DNA of 41,252 nucleotides from Planctomycetota bacterium (lineage in GTDB: Bacteria; Planctomycetota; Phycisphaerae; UBA1845; CAIVHJ01). The stretch spans positions 1 through 41,252 of the forward strand of contig JACZTW010000001.1 in assembly GCA_022573485.1 (NCBI GenBank), written 5' to 3'. The notes beneath the pieces are model-generated. The model saw only the letters and a program-made list of their open reading frames with translations, did no database searches and was not told the origin of the DNA. Numbering within the stretch: the first letter of the stretch is position 1; each line of letters starts with the position of its first letter. This document shows, one piece after another, positions 14,968 to 21,952 of the stretch. Made by a program: the position numbers and the translations under genes.

Positions 14968-17184
14968 TTGATCAAACACGTCAATGATCGTAATCGGGCC
15001 GAGCGCCTCAGTAAGCTGTTTTGGTTGATTGCGACCGTGCCGATCGGTTTTGGTCTCATGCAGTTTACGGAGTTCGGCCTGCTGATCTTTCCCAGCGTGC
15101 GCGATTTCCTGTCGGAAAATGTGAGCGTTCTGCCGGCGGGCTTCTGGCCGATCCTGATGTTTACGTTCGGGGCGGGGTTTGGTCTGCTGGGCTTCTTCAA
15201 GTTCACGCCGCTGCGGATTACGACTGTTCGCATCATCGTACAGACTGTCGTTTTCGCGCTGTTCATGCTCTTCGTGTTCGCGACGAGCTTCACGCAGCTT
15301 AGTGATCGGCCGCGCATGCAATTCTGGCTGAGCAAGTTTCTGGAAATCGATCCATTGGTGTCGATCGCCACGGCAATCACCACGCACACAGTCTACAAAG
15401 GCTTGATTTGGTCGCTGATCTTGCTCGTGCCGACGCTGTTTCTGGGACGGTTCTTCTGCAACTGGATCTGCCCTTACGGCATTATTCACCAGTTCGTCGG
15501 CTGGCTCTTCGGCGCCAGGGACGAAAAGCAGCGCATCGAAGCGAACCGCTATCGGTGGTATTACTCGATCAAGTATTACATCCTCATCGGGATGATCGCG
15601 GCGGCGCTGTTCGGCAATCTCGCCATCGGGCTGCTGGACCCGATCTGCCTGCTGCACCGCTCGTTCACGGCGGCCATTCTGCCGACGCTCAACATGCCGT
15701 TGCAGGGCATCTTCGGCGACTACAACATGCACGTGGGCGGCTGGATCATTGGATTCATTATGCTGGCCTTCATCGGCCTGAATCTCGTCATTCCGCGTTT
15801 TTTCTGCCGCGTGTTGTGCCCGCTGGGGGCCATGTTGGGCGTTTTCAGCCGTTTCGCCTTCTGGCGGATCGAGCGCGATACCAAGAAATGTACTGACTGC
15901 GATATGTGCCTGCAAAGTTGCGAAGGCGCGTCTGACCCGCATACGCAATTGCGCATGAGTGAGTGTTTCGTGTGCTTCAATTGCATCGAGGACTGCCCAG
16001 AGGACGCGCTGAGTTTTGCCTTCCTGCCGAAGAAGCAACACGAGGTTCGTGAACCGGATCTTAAGCGGCGGCACACCATCTTCGCAGCCCTGATCGGGGC
16101 GTTGTTCTTCGGTTTTACGAAGGTAAGCGGCAAGTCCACCAAGAATTACTCGACGAAAGTGATTCGTCCCCCCGGGACGCTCGAAGAGCAAGAATTCCTG
16201 AAACGCTGCATCAAATGCGATCAGTGCATTCGTGTGTGCCCGACGAATGTGTTGCAGCCGGCGTTGTTCGAGAGTGGACTGGAAGGCCTGTGGACGCCGG
16301 TGATGAATTTCCGCATGGGCTTCTGCCAGCTCAACTGCACTGCCTGCGGGCAGGTCTGCCCGACGGGAGCAATACAGCGGATCACTGTCGAAGAGAAGGT
16401 CGGCCTCGGGTCGTTCAGCGACGATGGGCCGGTGAAGTTGGGCACCGCCCACTATGACTTCGGCCGATGCTTGCCCTGGAGCAAGAACATCCCGTGCGTG
16501 GTCTGCGAGGAAGTCTGCCCAACATCGCCCAAGGCCATTCACAGCGAGCGTCGAAAGCTGATGATCCGCGACGGCAAAATGCAAGTGGTCGGCGGCAGCG
16601 ACAGCACGATCACCCTTCGCGAATATCCCAAACCGGGTGAGGCCAGCGGCCGCGCTGCTGCGTTTGTGCCGAATCAGTTCAGCGGCGACCAGACCATGTC
16701 CTACCACGTGGAGATCGTTCGCCGCGAAGGTCGCAGCGGCTACCGCAGGATCACCGGCAATTCCACGGACTCGCTGACGCTTGACGGGCCGTTCGGCTTC
16801 ACGCCCGCTGAGGGTGATATCGCGGTGATTTACAATGAGTTCAAGGTGCCCAAGATCGATACGGAATACTGCATCGGTTGCGGCATTTGTGAGCATGAGT
16901 GCCCGGTCAACGGTGATCGTCGGGCGGTTTATGTGACCGCCGAGGGCGAAACGCGATCGCAGCACTATCTCGAGCGCAACCGCAACCGATCCGTGCGCCT
17001 GCAAAAGAGCGCCGATGCGTCGTCCGCGATGCCCGGCGACTTGAGCCTGTCCGGGATGATTCTTGCTTTGGACAAGCGAGATGGATGTGGTAGCGGTTGC
17101 GGCTGCAACCATTCGGAGACAAAGGACTTGCCGGCAGCGCCGCCGGAGGCTCCAACAATCGACTTGCGAATGTTCCTCGGTTAA
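14968..17184 (+). CDS. Membrane-bound polyferredoxin: NapH/MauN-like transmembrane module fused to several 4Fe-4S ferredoxin domains
   Basis: Multiple TM helices with two NapH-type motifs, FFCNWICPYG and FFCRVLCPLG. It also has CTDCDMCLQSC...CFVCFNCIEDCP, CIKCDQCIRVCP...CTACGQVCP, CVVCEEVCP and CIGCGICEHECP. The C-terminal tail is GCGSGCGC (17086-17106). TTG at 14968 is the first in-frame start; the first in-frame Met is at 15058. Confidence 0.85.
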   Translation: MIKHVNDRNRAERLSKLFWLIATVPIGFGLMQFTEFGLLIFPSVRDFLSENVSVLPAGFWPILMFTFGAGFGLLGFFKFTPLRITTVRIIVQTVVFALFMLFVFATSFTQLSDRPRMQFWLSKFLEIDPLVSIATAITTHTVYKGLIWSLILLVPTLFLGRFFCNWICPYGIIHQFVGWLFGARDEKQRIEANRYRWYYSIKYYILIGMIAAALFGNLAIGLLDPICLLHRSFTAAILPTLNMPLQGIFGDYNMHVGGWIIGFIMLAFIGLNLVIPRFFCRVLCPLGAMLGVFSRFAFWRIERDTKKCTDCDMCLQSCEGASDPHTQLRMSECFVCFNCIEDCPEDALSFAFLPKKQHEVREPDLKRRHTIFAALIGALFFGFTKVSGKSTKNYSTKVIRPPGTLEEQEFLKRCIKCDQCIRVCPTNVLQPALFESGLEGLWTPVMNFRMGFCQLNCTACGQVCPTGAIQRITVEEKVGLGSFSDDGPVKLGTAHYDFGRCLPWSKNIPCVVCEEVCPTSPKAIHSERRKLMIRDGKMQVVGGSDSTITLREYPKPGEASGRAAAFVPNQFSGDQTMSYHVEIVRREGRSGYRRITGNSTDSLTLDGPFGFTPAEGDIAVIYNEFKVPKIDTEYCIGCGICEHECPVNGDRRAVYVTAEGETRSQHYLERNRNRSVRLQKSADASSAMPGDLSLSGMILALDKRDGCGSGCGCNHSETKDLPAAPPEAPTIDLRMFLG

Positions 17185-17272
17185 ACTACAGTTTATGCGC
17201 AGGCAATGTCGAGCAAATCGAATCGGGCCGAAACAGAATCGGGTCAGCAGCGCAGCCTAGGAGGCTTTTCGT

Positions 17273-18502
17273 ATGCACGATCGCATGTGTGAAGTATCTC
17301 GCCGCGAATTCATGAAGACCGGATCGGCGTTGACCGCCGCCGCAGCGGCCGCGGCAAGCCTGCCCGCCGTCGCCGCGTTCGCCGAAGAAAAGCCCGCAAG
17401 AGGCGCATTGGCCATGCGCAAGTTGGGCAAGACGAACGTGGGCGTTACGATTTTGAACCTCGGCACTGCCGGCGACACGGACACGCGTCTGATGAATACA
17501 GCCTGGGCCGAAGGCGTGCGCTATTTCGACACAGCGGATTGCTATAAGGGGGGCAATAGCGAGAAGGCTGTCGGCGAATGGCTGGCCAAGACCGGCCGGC
17601 GCAAAGACATGTTCATCGTCACCAAGGATCACCCGAAGACACCCGACGAATGGGTCAAAATGATCGACGCCCGGCTCGAAGCCCTGCAAACCGACTATGT
17701 GGACTTGTTCTTCCTGCACGGTCTCGGTGGTGGGTTCAGAGGTGGCGGCGTCGAGGATCATCGGGGCATCCCGAAGGACAAGGACTGGGCCAAGGCTGCC
17801 GACACGCTCAAGAAATCGGGTAAGGTCAAGTTCGTCGGCTTCAGCACGCACACCGAGATCGATCTGCGCAGCTCGCTGCTCAACGATGCGGCCGTCGGCT
17901 GGGCGGATGCGATCATGGTGGCATCTGATCCGAGACTCGTGCGCAAGAACAGCGACTTCAACAAGGCCCTGGACGCGTGTTATAAGGCCGGGGTTGGCCT
18001 GATCTGTATGAAGGAAATGCGGGGGGCGGACCAGATTCCCGAGATTGTTCCCGAGTTCGAGAAGATGGGGCTGACCAAGTATGCCGCCGTGCTCCACGCC
18101 GTGTGGACGGACCAGCGCTTCGCCAGCATTTGCTCGAACATGCAGAACCTCAAGATCGTCAAGGAAAACTCAGAATCCGCCCGGACCTTCAAACCGTTGA
18201 CCGACGACCAATTGGGCATGCTGGATACGGTCATGGATCGATATGCCAGCAGTTTCTGCGTCGGCTGCGACGGGAGCTGCGCCGTAGCCGCTGGTACGGA
18301 CGCGGCCCTCGGCGACATCGTGCGCTACTTGTCTTACTGCGAAATGGATGGCGATCGGGCGACGGCTCGGCGGCTGTTCCGTGAGCTGCCGCCGGCGCAG
18401 CGCGACTGGTCCGGCGCTGATCTCAAGGCGGCCCAGGCCGCCTGTGTGTCGAACATCGATTTTGAGGACTATCTCGCGCGGGCCAAGACGAAGCTGGCCT
18501 AG
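17273..18502 (+). CDS. Aldo/keto reductase with an N-terminal twin-arginine (Tat) signal and a C-terminal Cys motif
   Basis: The signal is SRREFMKTGSALTAAAAAAASLPAVAAFA. The AKR core includes ...GVRYFDTADCYKGGNSEKAVGEWL... and ...DYVDLFFLHG... CVGCDGSC lies at 18257-18280. AGGAGG sits 8 nt upstream of the ATG. Confidence 0.85.
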   Translation: MHDRMCEVSRREFMKTGSALTAAAAAAASLPAVAAFAEEKPARGALAMRKLGKTNVGVTILNLGTAGDTDTRLMNTAWAEGVRYFDTADCYKGGNSEKAVGEWLAKTGRRKDMFIVTKDHPKTPDEWVKMIDARLEALQTDYVDLFFLHGLGGGFRGGGVEDHRGIPKDKDWAKAADTLKKSGKVKFVGFSTHTEIDLRSSLLNDAAVGWADAIMVASDPRLVRKNSDFNKALDACYKAGVGLICMKEMRGADQIPEIVPEFEKMGLTKYAAVLHAVWTDQRFASICSNMQNLKIVKENSESARTFKPLTDDQLGMLDTVMDRYASSFCVGCDGSCAVAAGTDAALGDIVRYLSYCEMDGDRATARRLFRELPPAQRDWSGADLKAAQAACVSNIDFEDYLARAKTKLA

Positions 18503-18639
18503 GCACCGATTCTTCAAAGGGCTGAACTGCGACCATCTTTGTAGAGTGCCGTACTTCGAAAGTGACTCGATCTGCTGCCACGGTCGTTGCAGATGGACGC
18601 TTTCAGGGTGCGGCACTTTCTTGCGCAGGGAGAAGTCAT

Positions 18640-18801
18640 TTACCGCAGAGATCGCAGAGATCGCAGAGAAATTGAATTGTTGCCTTGAGCGCGTCTGCAA
18701 GCCAGTCATGACAGATGCACTCCCTTGCCCGCTCGACTGGGCGAAAATCCTCGGCTTGCTCCCCTATCCTTCTCTGCGTTCTCTACGTTCTCTGCGGTGA
18801 A
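18640..18801. repeat. About 160-bp element bounded by inverted triplets of a 9-mer, (A[T/C]CGCAGAG)x3 ... (TTCTCT[G/A]CG)x3
   Basis: Left arm TTACCGCAGAGATCGCAGAGATCGCAGAGAA (18640-18670). Right arm TTCTCTGCGTTCTCTACGTTCTCTGCGGTGAA (18770-18801). The arms are imperfect reverse complements. Confidence 0.65.
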
Positions 18802-18812
18802 TCCCAGGTGCT

Positions 18813-19388
18813 TCAGCGCGGAGCGACCGTGATTGCCTTGGGTTGCGTGGGGCAGTGGAATTGGCACACGCCGCAGCCGACGCAGCCGGGATCCAGAACT
18901 TCAACTTGTCCGGCGGCATCCAGGTGTATCGCCGATTCTCCCATTGGGCACAGAGTGATGCATTCCGTGCAGTCTTCGCCCGTCGTGCGTACGCAAACAG
19001 AGTGATCGACGACAGCCAGTCCCATCCGGATGTCCGCCGGCGAATCGACGAGTTGCAGCGCGCCGCTGGGACAGGCTTTCATGCAGGCCAGTTCGTCGCA
19101 GACCACGCAGGCGCCGATGTCCGGATCGATGATCGGCGTGCGGTTGAGGTTGTCGTCGGTGCTGCCGAACAGCTTGATGGCATCGGCGGGGCAGTCCTCG
19201 ACGCAGTTGCCGCAGCGATAGCACACGTCCAGAAACTCTGCCTCCGGGATGGCCCCTGGCGGGCGCAGCAGTGTGCGTCGGACCGGTTCTTCGAGATTCA
19301 TACGCTCGGTCAGGAATTCTGCCACCGGCTTCATGATCGAGCGGAAGCTCTCGCGAAAGAATTGTCGGCGGTCGCCGGTGTCGCTCAT
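18813..19388 (-). CDS. NapF/NapG-like multi-[4Fe-4S] ferredoxin
   Basis: MSDTGDRRQFFRESF...LLRPPGAIPEAEFLDVCYRCGNCVEDCPADAI...CVVCDELACMKACPSGAL...CTECITLCP...CVGCGVCQFHCPTQ. The RRxFF plus RPPGA..E..F..C..CG.C pattern resembles NapF-type proteins. No hydrophobic h-region follows the RR, so it is probably not exported. The start is trimmed to 19388. Confidence 0.75.
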   Translation of the reverse strand: MSDTGDRRQFFRESFRSIMKPVAEFLTERMNLEEPVRRTLLRPPGAIPEAEFLDVCYRCGNCVEDCPADAIKLFGSTDDNLNRTPIIDPDIGACVVCDELACMKACPSGALQLVDSPADIRMGLAVVDHSVCVRTTGEDCTECITLCPMGESAIHLDAAGQVEVLDPGCVGCGVCQFHCPTQPKAITVAPR

Positions 19389-19398
19389 CGGTGTGGCC

Positions 19399-19602
19399 TC
19401 AGGGGTGCTGTTTCTTGAGCTTTTCGATCTCAGCCTCATGCCGTTTGAGGCGGCGGGTGAGCTGCTCAAAGATCTTCCGCAGTTCGGGCTTGATCGCGGC
19501 ACAGTCCGGACAGTGGAACCGCGTCGCGCCGCTCTTGGCTACCGGGTAGTCAAACCTTCGCCCGCAACAACGGCACACACGTTTCTTGATTTCGTCGCTC
19601 AT
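19399..19602 (-). CDS. Small zinc-ribbon protein with a C-terminal charged helix
   Basis: MSDEIKKRVCRCCGRRFDYPVAKSGATRFHCPDCAAIKPELRKIFEQLTRRLKRHEAEIEKLKKQHP has CxxC...CxxC. It ends 10 nt before the ferredoxin start. I prefer the ATG at 19602 over the GTG at 19608. Confidence 0.5.
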   Translation of the reverse strand: MSDEIKKRVCRCCGRRFDYPVAKSGATRFHCPDCAAIKPELRKIFEQLTRRLKRHEAEIEKLKKQHP

Positions 19603-19603
19603 C

Positions 19604-19651
19604 CGCACACTCCACGCGATTTCACAAGATCCTATTGTACCGGAGTGTGCG
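19604..19651 (-). promoter_or_regulatory. 10-bp perfect inverted repeat in the 5' leader whose 3' arm contains the GGAG Shine-Dalgarno of the Zn-ribbon gene
   Basis: The minus-strand RNA reads CGCACACUCC-n28-GGAGUGUGCG-g-AUG. The arms are at 19642-19651 and 19604-19613. Confidence 0.4.
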
Positions 19652-19767
19652 CAATCGTGCGACGCCCTTCAGAGCCGGGAGCGCCAGCGACCGGTCATTC
19701 AAAGAAAGCAAGTGTTCAGAGGGAGTAGCTTGGGCGATGCCTGAACTCTCGGTCAGAGGCGAGTCCG

Positions 19768-21201
19768 TTATGGAGCTGCAGGAGCATCGCCAAGGTAGAA
19801 GAAGACACCTTTGAGATCCTCAGTCGTGCTGATCGCCGTTCGCGGGCCGTTGCGCTCCCGGAAGGACGTGGCCCGGAACTGGTAGAACATCCCGATCTCC
19901 AGAGGCGGCCCGGCATAAGTGTGCGTGACGGTCTCGGCGCCGCTGATCGAACCGATTTCAGCGCTCCAAATCTCCTCGCCGAACGAATCGAAGACGCGGA
20001 TCTCGTAGCCGTCCTCGCTGGAATCATCTTCCCACTCGAGCACCGGCGTGGTCGTGTCTACTTCCTCCGGCCCGTCCGACCCCGGGCTGACCACCGCGAG
20101 CGCCCCGGTGACCTTGAACCCTTCGGAGATGGACAGCATGTTTCCTTGGTCGGGATTAGGCACTTCGATGCGGACGACTTGCGTGCCACTGATGGACTGG
20201 TCGGGATCGCGAACCAAACCGTCATTCTCAAAGGCTGCCAGCACCACATAGCTTCCGTCGGGAATGTCTTCGATGACGAATGCCCCGTCGACCTCGCCGA
20301 CGCGCAGGCCGGGCGGTACCGTTCCCCGGCCGGCGGCTTCAACGAATGTGCTTTCGACGGCCAGGATGACGCTGGTCAATGATCCGCCCGGCGCGTTGAC
20401 GATTTGAACACTGCCCGACACTGTATTCAGCGGCCGATTGGATTCCGTCAAATCAATCCCGGTCTGATCCTCGCCGGCCTGCACGGAAGTACTCACTGCA
20501 TCGAGTTGCACGCCGGCAGCGTATCCCTGGACCGAGTAGGTTCCGGCGGGCACGTTGAAGATGATGTAAGCGCCCTCGCCGTCACTGAATCCAGTGAGCG
20601 CCGTGTCCGCGTTTTCGGCGACCAACAGCAATCCGGCAAGGGTCTCGGCCTGGATGGTGCCGGAGATGGAGCCCAGATCGGACGTGTCACCCGGCAGGGC
20701 GATGAGCTTGATCGTGGTCAAGGCGTTTTCGATGATCCAACCGTCGTCCTCCGCTGCGGCGGTCATGGCATCGAGCGGCAGAGCGGGGCGGATGGCTGTC
20801 GGGAATTCGATGAAGCTCGCGGCCTGTGCCCGCAGCGTATACGAACCAGCCAGCGGCATTAAATCGGCGTCTCGATTTGCCGGTACGATCAATTCGTAGG
20901 CGCCGTCGCTATCCGTGGCGGCTGACGTGCCCACCGCAGCGCCGTTGGCATCGACCGCCTGGACCCGGGCGTCCGCGATGGGTTCATCGTCGGCGATGTT
21001 CAAGACGCGTCCGCGAATCACCAGCGGCGCCAGACACTGCGATTCGCCGCCCGACACTGATTCGCACACCCGCCCGTCCGCGCATTCGGGGGCCAGCGGG
21101 TCGCAGGTCGTGTCGCCGCCGCTGTCCGGGCTGCAACCCCAGCAGCCAATCACCAGCGATAACATGACAGCAGTGAGTCGTTTACTATGACATGCGCTCA
21201 T
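19768..21201 (-). CDS. Secreted/lipoprotein with two to three carboxypeptidase-regulatory-like (Ig-like beta-sandwich) repeats and an FN3-like C-terminus
   Basis: Signal/lipobox-like MSACHSKRLTAVMLSLVIGCWGC. Repeats of the pattern I.G.V......P...A.V.......G...TD.DG.Y.L.VP.G.Y. Confidence 0.65.
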   Translation of the reverse strand: MSACHSKRLTAVMLSLVIGCWGCSPDSGGDTTCDPLAPECADGRVCESVSGGESQCLAPLVIRGRVLNIADDEPIADARVQAVDANGAAVGTSAATDSDGAYELIVPANRDADLMPLAGSYTLRAQAASFIEFPTAIRPALPLDAMTAAAEDDGWIIENALTTIKLIALPGDTSDLGSISGTIQAETLAGLLLVAENADTALTGFSDGEGAYIIFNVPAGTYSVQGYAAGVQLDAVSTSVQAGEDQTGIDLTESNRPLNTVSGSVQIVNAPGGSLTSVILAVESTFVEAAGRGTVPPGLRVGEVDGAFVIEDIPDGSYVVLAAFENDGLVRDPDQSISGTQVVRIEVPNPDQGNMLSISEGFKVTGALAVVSPGSDGPEEVDTTTPVLEWEDDSSEDGYEIRVFDSFGEEIWSAEIGSISGAETVTHTYAGPPLEIGMFYQFRATSFRERNGPRTAISTTEDLKGVFFYLGDAPAAP

Positions 21202-21272
21202 TGAGGATCTCCTTCATACATCACTCCATCGGCCGATCGAGCTCGGCAACGGTAGAATGAGCGTCGCCCGTC

Positions 21273-21842
21273 CTAGAGTGTGTCGCAGCGCCGCCGGATC
21301 AAATCGAGCAGCCTTTGCTCCATGGCAGCGTCTCTGCCTTCGGGCGTCCAGGTCATGTCCGTGGCGGGGTCGAACTGTCGGCCGGCGGTGGTGGGCAGGT
21401 CGGCGCTGAAGACGCGGAGGGCGGCGGCGGCGTTGTTGATCTGCCGCTCGACGGCGTGCAGGCGTTCCTTGTTGACGGCCACGTCGATGACGTACTCGCC
21501 CTGGTCCTGCGGCTTCGAGATTTGGATGGTCACGGATCGGCGGACGGTACGCATGCTGGATTCTGCCAAGTCGTAGGGCGTATCGACGTCATGTCGCCAG
21601 AATTCGAGGAAATGCTGCGAAGTCTGCGGAAATGTGGTAATCAGCCCAGCCCGCAGATCCTTGCGATCGATCTCGAAGCGGTGCCGCCGCAGCACGGCCT
21701 GACAGGCCTCCCACAGCCCACGGAAGTCGTCATCACTCGTCGCCAGGACTGCGCCCTGCGTCGGGTCCTGCGGCGCCGCCGGCCGGTGGCAGCCGGCGAA
21801 GGAAACGATTCCGATCACACTTGAGACGAACAGCGGTTTCAT
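21273..21842 (-). CDS. Lipoprotein of unknown function
   Basis: MKPLFVSSVIGIVSFAGC carries a lipobox (FAGC). The start is trimmed to 21842; the track ORF extends to 21971. I recognise no family. Confidence 0.55.
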   Translation of the reverse strand: MKPLFVSSVIGIVSFAGCHRPAAPQDPTQGAVLATSDDDFRGLWEACQAVLRRHRFEIDRKDLRAGLITTFPQTSQHFLEFWRHDVDTPYDLAESSMRTVRRSVTIQISKPQDQGEYVIDVAVNKERLHAVERQINNAAAALRVFSADLPTTAGRQFDPATDMTWTPEGRDAAMEQRLLDLIRRRCDTL

Positions 21843-21952
21843 TGCTCGCCATATGATACGCGGGGGCACAAGCGGGTCAATGCCGGGTGTTGATCTTTCC
21901 GATACAAAGTGCAGAGAGCAACCTCGGCTAGTGGACGACGGCTTGGACTGAA

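Noticed and set aside
14944-17112. A 722-aa ORF on the minus strand, together with similar long ORFs at 7169-8563(-), 11175-12332(-), 13727-14734(-), 17186-18097(-), 28553-29947(-), 35759-37117(-) and 31872-32819(-).
   Set aside because: Each lies entirely antisense to genes with clear family motifs. Their translations are Arg/Ala/Pro/Gly/His-rich low-complexity sequence with no recognisable domain. Long antisense ORFs are expected in GC-rich DNA, where stop codons are rare.
18640-18801. A CRISPR array as the explanation for the short tandem repeats.
   Set aside because: The repeats are 9-mers that abut each other with no spacers, with only three per arm arranged as an inverted pair. No cas genes are present in the window.
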